Of a DNA stretch of 64,000 nucleotides, positions 41,231-51,341 are shown one piece after another. Source of the stretch: Trypanosoma brucei. Taxonomy: Eukaryota. Position 1 is the first letter of the stretch, and every line of letters begins with the position of its first letter. The position numbers and the translations under genes are program-made. The stretch covers positions 224,001-288,000 of the forward strand of contig CP000070.1 of assembly GCA_000002445.1 (NCBI GenBank). The letters are read 5' to 3'. The notes under the pieces were generated by a model, which was not told the origin of the DNA, did not search any database, and worked only from the letters and a program-made list of their open reading frames with translations.

Positions 41231-43843
41231 ATGCACTGTTGTAAGGTTTTTTCGTTTCGCCTCACGGCAGGCCTTCTGCAGCGGCTGCCTATGCCGATGC
41301 CTCCGCCGCGACCAGGAGTAAGCGTCAACATGCAGCATGCGGTTGAAATAGAGGCGAAACGGCGGGTGGAGCTTGACGAGGCCACGCGCGCCCGGTACGT
41401 CGTTGTGAAGGAAGAAACTCGTGCTTCGGGGGACCGTGTCATTGGCATAGACCTCGGTACTACGAACAGCTGTATTTCATATATCGACAAGAAAACGAAC
41501 AGGCCAAAGATAATTCCATCTCCAACGGGGTCGTGGGTTTTTCCCACCGCAATTACGTTTGATAAAAGTCACAAGGTTCGCTTATATGGTGAAGAGGCCC
41601 GGGCCTGCGTACGGACGAGTGCGAGCGCGACGTTGTGCAGTGGAAAGCGCCTTATTGGCAGGGGTGTTGGTGAGTTGGGCCGCGTACAGTCCCAGCTCCA
41701 TAAGACAAATATGGTTACGCTTAACGAACGGGGAGAGGTGGCAGTAGAAATTATGGGTCGCACCTATACAGTAACCCATATCATAGCCATGTTCCTGCGC
41801 TATCTGAAAAAGGAGGCAGAAAAATTTCTCAAGGAACCGGTGAATGCCGTTGTAGTGAGTGTTCCTGCATTCTTCACCCCACAACAGAAGGTAGCGACGG
41901 AGGATGCTGCACTTGCCGCGGGTTTTGATGTCCTGGAGGTAATTGACGAGCCATCCGCCGCTTGTTTGGCTCATACTGTTTTGCAGCCTAGTAATGCCTC
42001 ATCAAGGGAACATCTATCGGGATCTAAGCGTATTGTACGTTCGCTGGTGTTTGATTTGGGCGGTGGCACACTGGACTGTGCTGTGATGGAAAATGATCGG
42101 CGACGGGGTACTTTTACACTTGTTGCGACACATGGTGACCCATTGCTTGGCGGCAATGATTGGGATGCTGTATTGTCTCAGCATTTTTCTGACCAATTTG
42201 AGCGTAAGTGGCGAGTACCTCTGGAGGACGCAGAAGGAAACGTGGGGCAAGGTGTAGCTACGTACCGCCAGCTCCTTCTTGAGGCTGAGAAGGCAAAGAT
42301 TCATTTTACGCACTCAACGGAGCCATATTATGGCTACAATCGTGCATTTCACTTTTCAGAGAAGCTTCGTGACATTGTTCCACTCGAGGCCACGCTCACG
42401 CTTGAGGAATACATTGAACTAACTCGGCCATTGAGGGTTCGCTGCGTGGAATGCCTCAACAAGCTTTTCGACCACACAAGCATACGTCCAGCAGACATTG
42501 ACAATGTACTACTTGTGGGGGCCATGACACGTGACCCCCCAATACGCCATCTTCTGACAGAGTACTTTGGTCGACATGTGGAATCTGAAGCCTCGTGTCC
42601 TGCCGACTACGCTGTAGCCATCGGTGCCGCCGTCCGCGGTGCCATGCTTCAGGGTGGATTTGATGACTTATTGTCGAACACACGATTTGTCACGGGGACC
42701 GCACAAGCCTTGAAGCAGGGTGGTTTCCTGCGTCGCTGCTGCAATCGCATTGGATCCTTAGTCAGTAGCAGCGTTAATCCAAATGCCATTGGCCAGCGCT
42801 GGCGCGGGCGCGCAAAAGGGCTCTCTGATGAAGAAATAGCTAACTATGCAAAGGAGCTTGTTGAGTTTGAGGCAGCGTGCGACCGCCGGCTGCTGCTTGA
42901 AAGAGCAGAGAACGACGCAAACTTCGTGATGCGGCGTGTAACAGCCGATTCGAGCAAGCGGCAAGGGATGCAGGAAAAACGTGTGCGGCAGCTAAGTGAA
43001 CAACTGAAGTTCTGGCAGTATATGGTGCACAACTTTCATGATCACGAAGACGAGTTACTACGAACGGTACGAGAATTGGAGCAAGCACTGGATGAATTGG
43101 AAGGGCTGGCAGAGGATAACACGTCGGGCCTCACAACCGCAGGGACAGTTGACTTCTCCTCAGTGACCCCTGTGAACCATTGCGAGGAAGAAGAGCGAGA
43201 CTGCAGCAGTGTTTCTGCAGCGTCAAGATCGGCACAGCTTAGGACGGCACATGGGGACGGAAAGCTGAAGGAGCGCACACAGGACGAGGAGGGGGAGAAA
43301 CCGAAAGGTCGTAAAATCATGAGGCGAGCTGTACCGCTGCCAAGGGCAAGTGCAGAAGCGCAGGAATTGGTGGAGGCGGGGCATCCCGCACTGCGAGGTG
43401 CCGATGTTTCCATGACAGAGTCCACGAGAAGTGCATTTTTCGAGGCACAGGTGGAGGAACGGGCATGGCGGGAGCCACCAACACCGCCTGGTGAGCATGG
43501 CTCATGGCAGGAGGTGAAGCGTGCGGTTGACGCTGGTGAGCCCGTTGGGAGCCCAATTGGTCTTCAGGAGTTACAGCGCCCAATGACACATGAAGAGATG
43601 CTACAGGTACTTAACAATATCGCACCCATTGATGATCCGGTGAGCGAGGAGCACGCCAGGAAGAGGGACCACTCCATTGATATGCGAACCATGACTATTG
43701 TTGAGGGTGCCGTAGATATGGTCGCGCTGCAGGAACTACTTGAGGAAGAAGCCAAACGGGCGGAGGAGCTTCAGCGTGCTCAGAAGAAGGGTGAGAAGCA
43801 ACTTGTAGCCGATTCATCAGCCAAACTGTTCGCGATGGACTAG
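41231..43843 (+). CDS. Atypical Hsp70-like protein: a recognisable Hsp70 nucleotide-binding domain followed by a ~400-aa non-canonical, coiled-coil/acidic C-terminal region. Possible N-terminal targeting sequence.
   Basis: VIGIDLGTTNSCISY (phosphate-1), KRLIGR, VVSVPAFFTPQQKVATEDAALAAGFDVLEVIDEPSAACLAH, VFDLGGGTLDCAVM (phosphate-2), DPLLGGNDWD, VLLVGAMTRDPPIRHLL. No canonical substrate-binding domain or EEVD follows. Confidence 0.75.
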   Translation: MHCCKVFSFRLTAGLLQRLPMPMPPPRPGVSVNMQHAVEIEAKRRVELDEATRARYVVVKEETRASGDRVIGIDLGTTNSCISYIDKKTNRPKIIPSPTGSWVFPTAITFDKSHKVRLYGEEARACVRTSASATLCSGKRLIGRGVGELGRVQSQLHKTNMVTLNERGEVAVEIMGRTYTVTHIIAMFLRYLKKEAEKFLKEPVNAVVVSVPAFFTPQQKVATEDAALAAGFDVLEVIDEPSAACLAHTVLQPSNASSREHLSGSKRIVRSLVFDLGGGTLDCAVMENDRRRGTFTLVATHGDPLLGGNDWDAVLSQHFSDQFERKWRVPLEDAEGNVGQGVATYRQLLLEAEKAKIHFTHSTEPYYGYNRAFHFSEKLRDIVPLEATLTLEEYIELTRPLRVRCVECLNKLFDHTSIRPADIDNVLLVGAMTRDPPIRHLLTEYFGRHVESEASCPADYAVAIGAAVRGAMLQGGFDDLLSNTRFVTGTAQALKQGGFLRRCCNRIGSLVSSSVNPNAIGQRWRGRAKGLSDEEIANYAKELVEFEAACDRRLLLERAENDANFVMRRVTADSSKRQGMQEKRVRQLSEQLKFWQYMVHNFHDHEDELLRTVRELEQALDELEGLAEDNTSGLTTAGTVDFSSVTPVNHCEEEERDCSSVSAASRSAQLRTAHGDGKLKERTQDEEGEKPKGRKIMRRAVPLPRASAEAQELVEAGHPALRGADVSMTESTRSAFFEAQVEERAWREPPTPPGEHGSWQEVKRAVDAGEPVGSPIGLQELQRPMTHEEMLQVLNNIAPIDDPVSEEHARKRDHSIDMRTMTIVEGAVDMVALQELLEEEAKRAEELQRAQKKGEKQLVADSSAKLFAMD

Positions 43844-44227
43844 CGTGGAAGATTTACGAATGACGGTGTTGTCGTAGGTATCGGGGTAGGGCCGATTACT
43901 CTCTCTCTCTGTGCTTGCTCCTCTTTATCTGCCTGCACCGGGTTTTCCCTCATAGTTTTTTTTTAAAAAAGAGACCCAACGCGTCTGCCCAAGTTCTGTT
44001 AATGAGGAACATACGAATAGCGTAAATGCAGGTCCGCTCGGGACCATCGCATTCATTCAAAGGGCGCTTGGACAGGTTCTTCTGCCGTATATACGGCTCT
44101 GGAAGTGCAACTGACAGTTGTTTCCGCTAACACCCTCGTGTTTACCTGAGTCTCATTTTTCGACCTTTCCCATCATCTTTTTCTGATTGCGGATAAACGT
44201 TCAAACAAAACAGGTTAGCCGCTAAGA

Positions 44228-44677
44228 ATGTCCGGTGAGAAGACGCACACCCTCAAGCAGGTGCAGACCTTCGGCAAGAAGAAAACGGCCATTGCGGTCG
44301 CCACGGTGACGAAGGCCCCGCAGTGTAACATTCGCATCAATGGTGTCCCCATATCTCAGATCCTTCCTGAGACGCTCCGTGCGAAGATCATGGAAGCTGT
44401 CAAGGTAGTGGGCGCTCGGTACTTTTCTCGCCTGCGCGTTGATGTGAGGGTTCGTGGCTCCGGTCAGGTCGCTCAGGCATACGCCGTCCGCCAGGCCATC
44501 GCGAAGGGTATCATCGCATATTACCAAAAGTACCACAATGAGATTGAGAAGGCTGCACTGAAAGACAAGTACTTGGAGTATGACAAGTTCCTCCTCATTG
44601 CGGATCCTCGCCGCTGCGAACCCAAAAAATGGGGCCGTCACTCTGCCCGTACGCGCTTCACAAAGTCGTACCGTTAA
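44228..44677 (+). CDS. RPS16: 40S ribosomal protein S16 (uS9), copy 1.
   Basis: MSGEKTHTLKQVQTFGKKKTAIAVATVTKAPQCNIRINGVPISQILPETLRAKIMEAVKVVGARYFSRLRVDVRVRGSGQVAQAYAVRQAIAKGIIAYYQKYHNEIEKAALKDKYLEYDKFLLIADPRRCEPKKWGRHSARTRFTKSYR is a full-length eukaryotic S16/uS9. Confidence 0.9.
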   Translation: MSGEKTHTLKQVQTFGKKKTAIAVATVTKAPQCNIRINGVPISQILPETLRAKIMEAVKVVGARYFSRLRVDVRVRGSGQVAQAYAVRQAIAKGIIAYYQKYHNEIEKAALKDKYLEYDKFLLIADPRRCEPKKWGRHSARTRFTKSYR

Positions 44678-44951
44678 TCGCCTGCTGTATGACAGCGTAT
44701 TGATGAGGTGGCGGCACGATATACACCCGGGTTGCGGAGTTGCCTTTATCAGTTGCATGTTTTTAATTTCTCTTTTAACTGTTTGTTTCACTATTAATTT
44801 CTTATCTGCTTTCACACCCTTCTGTAATGGGGTGGTCGTCGCTGCCGTGTGTTGCCACTTTCCTACACTGTCATTGGAAGTTGCGGTGATTTGCTTTCAC
44901 CCCTATTTGTTTGTTTTATTTTCAACTTTTTTGTTGGTTGCTAGCACCCAA

Positions 44952-45401
44952 ATGTCCGGTGAGAAGACGCACACCCTCAAGCAGGTGCAGACCTTCGGCA
45001 AGAAGAAAACGGCCATTGCGGTCGCCACGGTGACGAAGGCCCCGCAGTGTAACATTCGCATCAATGGTGTCCCCATATCTCAGATCCTTCCTGAGACGCT
45101 CCGTGCGAAGATCATGGAAGCTGTCAAGGTAGTGGGCGCTCGGTACTTTTCTCGCCTGCGCGTTGATGTGAGGGTTCGTGGCTCCGGTCAGGTCGCTCAG
45201 GCATACGCCGTCCGCCAGGCCATCGCGAAGGGTATCATCGCATATTACCAAAAGTACCACAATGAGATTGAGAAGGCTGCACTGAAAGACAAGTACTTGG
45301 AGTATGACAAGTTCCTCCTCATTGCGGATCCTCGCCGCTGCGAACCCAAAAAATGGGGCCGTCACTCTGCCCGTACGCGCTTCACGAAGTCGTACCGTTA
45401 A
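44952..45401 (+). CDS. RPS16: 40S ribosomal protein S16 (uS9), copy 2. Tandem duplicate with a CDS identical to copy 1 except for one synonymous site.
   Basis: Nucleotide identity to 44228..44677 over the whole CDS (ACA vs ACG Thr codon near the 3' end). The track ORF 44580..45401 is intergenic read-in fused to this copy. Confidence 0.9.
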   Translation: MSGEKTHTLKQVQTFGKKKTAIAVATVTKAPQCNIRINGVPISQILPETLRAKIMEAVKVVGARYFSRLRVDVRVRGSGQVAQAYAVRQAIAKGIIAYYQKYHNEIEKAALKDKYLEYDKFLLIADPRRCEPKKWGRHSARTRFTKSYR

Positions 45402-46034
45402 TCGCCTGCTTTGTGCTCGTGCACTGGGTGCATACTTTCCTATTCAGATTTTTCGTCATTTCAGTCTCGTTATGTGACTTTAAATTTTAAAAGAGTGACA
45501 GAACTACCGAGGTGGAGCTGGAGGCGCTGCACGGCAACTGTTTGCCATTAACGTGGCCCCCTCCCCCTCGATATGTGCCTCACTGTGTTCTATCTTATCT
45601 GCCTTCTTGTCATCCGGGGGCTGTTATCGGTCTTTTTCTTGAAACCCTCTTCTTCTTTTCTTCGGTTTTTGCCCTTGGTTACATGATGAGGTCCCGGTAG
45701 GAAGGCACCGCACAACTCAAGGAACTGGTAAAAGCAAAAACAGAAGAACACGGCGAGAAAAGCATTCCCACATAAGCGGCCGGAGAGAAGTGTCTTCAAA
45801 TCATCGCTACATAGATTTACTGACGTTGACATAATAATTTCAGACGCATAAACATATACAAAGTTATTTCACAGCCCCGTTCTGCAGTAGTTCGTTACCC
45901 AATTACATCGAAGCTCGCACTGGAGGGTGATTTGGGTGTTTTTACTGGAGTTGTAACGTTTTTTTTCTTTGCGTGCGTCCTCTCAGGGTGGTGGTTGGCG
46001 GGACGAATACAAGCATAAACGAGACTCAGGCGAG

Positions 46035-47519
46035 ATGTTTCGCGTTGTGTCGTTTGGTTCACTTATTCAGGACTCGCGTTTCTACTTCAAACGCAATGGC
46101 AGAGTGACAACAATGTATCCTGACGGCTACACCATCCAGAGACGCGTTTTTTCGAAGGGGAGGCGTACACGTGCCAAGATCACACTCCCCGGCGATGACG
46201 CTAAGAACGACTTGGGTGAGGTATACTACACCGCTACTATTAAGCGGAGGGACGATGGTGGTCCGTGTTTTCAAGTAGTACGAAGTGATAAGCCAGATGT
46301 TATCCACAGCGGTGATCAATGCTCCCCAGCGTGGCGCAAGGCCCTGGAAGCCGCAAAGCAGGACTTTCCCGATGCCCATAAAGAACTGGCGTATGTAGGA
46401 TCTGATGACAAGGGTTGTATGATCGTCCAGGGTGCCATTCTGTTCGGGCTTACTGCAAAGCCTGTGGTGGACGAATTGAACAAGATGGCGAAGGCATTAA
46501 GCATAAATGAGTGGTTGAGCACTATATCGGCGGACACCAAATCATTGGGAGACCCGATAGGGAGCCCCATTCCCTCTTCATCTTCTCAGCCACGCAAGCC
46601 AAAGCAACAACTCGTCACGAGTTCACAACCCTCTCAGTCGTCCTCGTGGAAGACAAGGGGAAAGAAAAGCGTGGAGGCTCCTGAGGACGACGATGTACCG
46701 TATTGTGTCCGACTTTCCAATAGTGAAGTTAGTGCCTCTGTACCTTGTTCCATTTGCGGATCGACAACGCCATTTTGTCCAATAACGGGAAAACGGCATG
46801 ACACAACGGGAAAGGGTGGAAGAGGGAGAAAGAAGTCTGAGTTGACGGAAGGGGCCGTTGCTCCAAGTGAGCCAACCGGGAAGAAAAGGGGAAGGAGGAA
46901 GAAGCAACCCCGTGATGATGATGGAGCGGAAGGCTCTCAAAATATGAGTGCTTCCAGTGGCGATGCGGTAAAGCGGCGGAGGACATCAGATGGAGCCACT
47001 GAAAGAGGCCCCTCCACCCGAGATGCGAAGCGACAAATGCTGCTGTTTGAAAACAACGGTAACGCAGTTGACGGGTCGTTGGCGAATGGAGAAGTACCCT
47101 ATGCACCGCCCCCAGTACTGTTTCGGCCACCGCTTTCACCACCACAGTCGAAAGAGGCCCTGCGCGTTCTGCAGCGTACGCTACAGGCGTTGTCGGTCGT
47201 TCGAACACCATTTACCTCTTTGTTACAACTGCGTGAACCAGGCGTCAAGAAGACCACACACGCCAGCAGCAAGTCTGACAAGGGAGCCGGCTCTCAGGCA
47301 AATATTATTTCTGTTAATGGTGCCGACACTGACGGAAATGATGCGGCTGCCGCTAGGAAACAAGCAGAAGAGGGAACGCAACACTTCCTTGACATCGTAG
47401 ACATGGACAAAGGCACCCGGGCGAGACGTTACATAAAATTCATGAAACTGTACACAAGTGAGAGGACCAAAATGGATCTGTTGAAAAAGGCTGCTAACAG
47501 CAACCCAGACTCATCGTAG
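46035..47519 (+). CDS. Hypothetical basic protein with AT-hook-like GRGRKK / KKRGRRKKQP motifs. Possibly nuclear or DNA-associated.
   Basis: Track ORF 45969..47519. The likely start is MFRVVSFG at 46035. The C-terminal half is rich in S/P/K/R with RGR-cored basic clusters. No catalytic domain recognised. Confidence 0.45.
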   Translation: MFRVVSFGSLIQDSRFYFKRNGRVTTMYPDGYTIQRRVFSKGRRTRAKITLPGDDAKNDLGEVYYTATIKRRDDGGPCFQVVRSDKPDVIHSGDQCSPAWRKALEAAKQDFPDAHKELAYVGSDDKGCMIVQGAILFGLTAKPVVDELNKMAKALSINEWLSTISADTKSLGDPIGSPIPSSSSQPRKPKQQLVTSSQPSQSSSWKTRGKKSVEAPEDDDVPYCVRLSNSEVSASVPCSICGSTTPFCPITGKRHDTTGKGGRGRKKSELTEGAVAPSEPTGKKRGRRKKQPRDDDGAEGSQNMSASSGDAVKRRRTSDGATERGPSTRDAKRQMLLFENNGNAVDGSLANGEVPYAPPPVLFRPPLSPPQSKEALRVLQRTLQALSVVRTPFTSLLQLREPGVKKTTHASSKSDKGAGSQANIISVNGADTDGNDAAAARKQAEEGTQHFLDIVDMDKGTRARRYIKFMKLYTSERTKMDLLKKAANSNPDSS

Positions 47520-48233
47520 GGGCACTTAGGCTCAGTTGGAGAAATATCTATCGCCGAAGTGACCACTTGCTTATGTGCGCGCGTGTGTGACGGAAAGCAT
47601 TTGCATTTTTTCCCACGCGATATCTTGCAAGGACCGACGCGAAGGTTTTCATCAGCGGGAGAACAGCACAACGTGGTTAATAGGTTTGGTGCTTGCACCA
47701 GGGAAGCAGTTGATGCTGTACCACAATAGTGGTTTAAGATCGGACAGTTAGCAAACGGAACGCTTCTCATTGACAGGTGAAGGTGGTGACGTTCGAGAAG
47801 GGTAATGTGTGGTGGCGGTGAATCCAACAGATGAAATAATTTAACAATTACTATTTTTAAAAAAAAAATATTTGCGTCTTTGTCTTGCGGTACCCCACCT
47901 TAGGTTCCGTGGGAGCGAGTTTCGCAGATGAGTGAGGTAGCAGCACTTCACGTTGCGCCACCTGCCATGTGCCATAAAATTCTTCGTTTGGAGGAATTGG
48001 TATGCAGACGGAATGCTAAACGGTGTGGGTGCGTCTAATATTTCAATGTTTCTTTCTTAAATCATGTCCTACTCTGCCTCTTCATGTTTTCGGTTGTTCT
48101 AGCTGAACCGCAGAAGTTTTTTTTTTTAAAATCACTGCGTAAAACCTTTGTACACCACTATTTTTCTAATTTATTTTCTTCTACTATTCCCTCTCCTCTC
48201 TTGTTTTTTTTTCTTTGACTGGGTAGCTGAGCT

Positions 48234-50921
48234 TTGATGGCATTGGCTCAGTCATGTCGTCACTTTGCTGCGACGACGTACCGACAGTCCAAAATTACAG
48301 ATCGCTTCCAGCTGTTAATAACTAAAAAGGAAATTGAATGTGACTACGTTGCGGTGGACGCCACTGCCCTCGTCGCAACGGGGTTACGTCTCGCAAAGAA
48401 CGTTACAACTGAGCAGCGTCGCCATAAGGAAGTGGCGCGTCATGTAGTACAGTCAATACAACAGTTGTTGAAGAAGGTGCGTTGCAAGAAGTCTCTTCTT
48501 ATAGCAATGGACGGAGCTGAGAATCTGCTCAAGGCGGATCGTACACGGGGTAGCAGTTTAACCCGAAAGGTGGAAAGTCGTCTGATGAGACTACCGGGAA
48601 CTCCACTTATGCAGGCAGTGGAGGAACGTATCGTTCGTATGATGCCAGAGCGGCAGATATTACCCGGTGAAGTGGTGTTTGCCGGCACCTGTGTTCAAGG
48701 GTGTGTCGAGCAGAAGATGTCCGCTTGGGCACTTGATCTGGCGTCCCGAGACACCTTTAACGGCAGCAGCGACTCACTGAATTTGATTGGGGCCTCTGAG
48801 TTGTACCTTAATGTGTTGGCGCTGTCGCCCTTCTATAACGTATCGAGTGTGGTGCAAAATAACGCAGATTTGCGACATATACGACTGCAGGATATTTTGG
48901 AGTGGCTAGAGCTAGATAAGAAGGCGAAGGAAGGGGAGAGTGTCACAATAGCCAAGATGAGAACGGATATTTTATTCCTCTTCATTATCGCTAACGGCGC
49001 CTCGGCAACTGAGCTGAATCCCATTCCTGCTGTTGGTTTCCATGAAATTGTTGATAGGTACATGAAGGTTCTCGCAGAAAACGGTGCTACGCCCCCTTCT
49101 CAAAGCGCGACCGCGAGCGCCCCAACTGCTTCAGCCAACGTCCCGGCCGCCCCAGCATTTCTTTTTGAGGATAGTCCGGGCAACACACTCCAACTGAATC
49201 TTCGCATGCTCTGTCGCATCATGCAGTTAGTGGCGCGTAAGGAGGCGCCAGCCCGTGTGGATGGTCTGTCAGAAGCCTACTTGGAGCACGCCTTACAAAC
49301 GCATGCAATGTTGTGTACTGGACAGGCACCCCAATGCACCTACTTGCCAGCAGCGGGTACAGGACAACTAGGCTCGACGGCGCCTAGCGCCGTGCAGCTC
49401 GCAGGTCATCTTGCTGCATTATGCGCATCCACAGCACAACGCAACGCACGGTGTACTTCTCTGCAGCCCTCGCTGGTAACACCAGAAAAGGGATCGTGTG
49501 AGGAAGACAGTTCGGCAACAAAGCTGCCGCCGACACCCCCAACTAGCGCGGTCGCACCAGTTGAAGACAAGCCGCTGACAGCAGCTGAATACACCATTCT
49601 CTGTCAGTCGCTTCCCGCAGCTGTGGAAGGATTGATTCATCAGTACGTAGGCGTAGCGCCTAAGCCGGATGTTGGGAAGATGATTACAACGGCGACCACG
49701 GAGGAAGCCTACCGCCTTGTTCGGGAAGTGCTTTCTTATGCGAACCCTCTTCGACCGCATAAGTGCTTATGCCTTTCCCCATCTTATTGCTGGCTCCAGA
49801 ATGAAAAGACGCAACTGTGGCGCTTCGAATATGTCGATATTGGTGTCAAAAGTCATGAACTGGGGACACGTCGGCAACTCAATGCTATGAAGGGTGTAAC
49901 GCTTGAAGTGAACATGTCCCGTGATGGTCCTTCGCATTTTGATCCACTGAGTGGGACGTGGGAGCCAATTGCCAATTTCCCGTGCGGAGCGGAGTGCGAA
50001 TATGACAAACATACTGAAGAATGCACATCTTCTCCTTCAGCTCCACAAACTGCAAAAGAGGTTGAAGGAGGACCAGTTAAGGCATCTTTAAAATTGCTGA
50101 CATGGAATGTCATGTTTGATCGTTACAGCGGCAAACCAACTCCTTTAGGTATGCCTGGTATAGATTGGTGCTCCCCCAAGAGGTATCCCGTCATTGCCAA
50201 GATCATAGAGGAGGAGGATGCGGATGTTGTTGGCATGCAAGAGGTGGAGCCTGTATTTTGGGAGTTCCTTTCCAAGCGGCCACTTATACGCCAAAGGTAC
50301 TACTTTTCGTGCGGTCATATGAGTCCAGCTATTGCCCCGTGGGGGGTGCTGATGTTGATACACCGTCGGCGTCTTCCAGTACAGAGCATCAACTATCTTA
50401 ACGTCCCTGCGTGGACTAATCATGTTTCTCTCATGCCGGTTGTGGGTCTGAAGATGGTGCACGGTACTGTACACATAGCTGCCGCACACTTACTCGCGCC
50501 ATACACGAAGTCCCACGAGAACGCTCGTACTTCCCAGGATACCGCGTTACGCCATCACATGACGAAGACGTTGGGTGGCGGGGATGTGGTAACTATGGGA
50601 GATTTCAACGACTGGCCTACAAATGAATTTATTATGCCACATGAATCACAGTACGTGGACTGTTGGCCCGTTTTGCACCCCAACAACCCTGGAAAGACTA
50701 TGGATGAAACAAACACCTTTTGTAAACTGAAAGTGGAGGAAATGTTTTTTGGCCGTTCCGACAAGGTGTTTCTGCGAAGCAGGCGGCTTGTGCCAGTCGA
50801 AGCTCATCTCGTCGGAACACGGAGTGTAAACGATGAGAACAACAACGCCGACGCACCCGCATATTTGTTCCCATCCGATCACTACGGCGTAAGTATAACG
50901 TTTTCATTGAAGTTACCGTAA
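48234..50921 (+). CDS. Two-nuclease-domain protein: an N-terminal 5'-3' exonuclease/PIN-like motif plus a C-terminal endonuclease/exonuclease/phosphatase (EEP) domain. Architecture resembles the kinetoplastid RNA-editing exoUases KREX1/KREX2.
   Basis: N-terminal CDYVAVDATALV ... SLLIAMDGAENLL resembles the FEN1/XPG/XRN-type acidic strands (VAIDAS..., LDMNG...). C-terminal EEP motifs LKLLTWNVMFDRYSG, VVGMQEVEPVFWEF, TMGDFNDWP, FPSDHYGVSITFSL. Basic N-terminus MMALAQSCRHFAATTYRQ. Confidence 0.5.
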   Translation: MMALAQSCRHFAATTYRQSKITDRFQLLITKKEIECDYVAVDATALVATGLRLAKNVTTEQRRHKEVARHVVQSIQQLLKKVRCKKSLLIAMDGAENLLKADRTRGSSLTRKVESRLMRLPGTPLMQAVEERIVRMMPERQILPGEVVFAGTCVQGCVEQKMSAWALDLASRDTFNGSSDSLNLIGASELYLNVLALSPFYNVSSVVQNNADLRHIRLQDILEWLELDKKAKEGESVTIAKMRTDILFLFIIANGASATELNPIPAVGFHEIVDRYMKVLAENGATPPSQSATASAPTASANVPAAPAFLFEDSPGNTLQLNLRMLCRIMQLVARKEAPARVDGLSEAYLEHALQTHAMLCTGQAPQCTYLPAAGTGQLGSTAPSAVQLAGHLAALCASTAQRNARCTSLQPSLVTPEKGSCEEDSSATKLPPTPPTSAVAPVEDKPLTAAEYTILCQSLPAAVEGLIHQYVGVAPKPDVGKMITTATTEEAYRLVREVLSYANPLRPHKCLCLSPSYCWLQNEKTQLWRFEYVDIGVKSHELGTRRQLNAMKGVTLEVNMSRDGPSHFDPLSGTWEPIANFPCGAECEYDKHTEECTSSPSAPQTAKEVEGGPVKASLKLLTWNVMFDRYSGKPTPLGMPGIDWCSPKRYPVIAKIIEEEDADVVGMQEVEPVFWEFLSKRPLIRQRYYFSCGHMSPAIAPWGVLMLIHRRRLPVQSINYLNVPAWTNHVSLMPVVGLKMVHGTVHIAAAHLLAPYTKSHENARTSQDTALRHHMTKTLGGGDVVTMGDFNDWPTNEFIMPHESQYVDCWPVLHPNNPGKTMDETNTFCKLKVEEMFFGRSDKVFLRSRRLVPVEAHLVGTRSVNDENNNADAPAYLFPSDHYGVSITFSLKLP

Positions 50922-51341
50922 GTTCAGATTGTTGGTGCCCTTTAGGGCGTTACCTTCTGAGTCTGTCGCGGTCATTTCCCGCTGTCGACTTATATTCACA
51001 TATTTTTTACCTGTTTGAAATGGACACCACCCCTTCTTCTTGTAGTCGCGGGGCATTCGACATGAGGATGATTGTGTTTTGTCCAGTGGATGGAGTTCAA
51101 CTCCAAACATAGCTTACTTCCGGGACCTTTCCTATCCTTCCTGTCTCTTTTTTTTTTGTTTACGGTCTCCTCCATTACTCTCCGTCCTCTTTCGTGGCGC
51201 CTATAGCAAAGACAACGTGAGGGTTAGTGCGTGAGACGCTGGATTTTCCTCTGTTGGTACTGAATCAGTCGAGGGATTGCGAAGGTTAGTGCGCTCACGC
51301 GTGCAAAGCGCAAACATTACCTATTACCAACAGCAACATCT

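Noticed and set aside
44580-45401. A 273-aa plus ORF that looks like an N-terminally extended or fused S16 protein.
   Set aside because: Its first ~124 codons are the unrelated inter-copy spacer read in frame. The conserved S16 sequence begins at the ATG at 44952 and is identical to copy 1, so this is an ORF-calling artefact.
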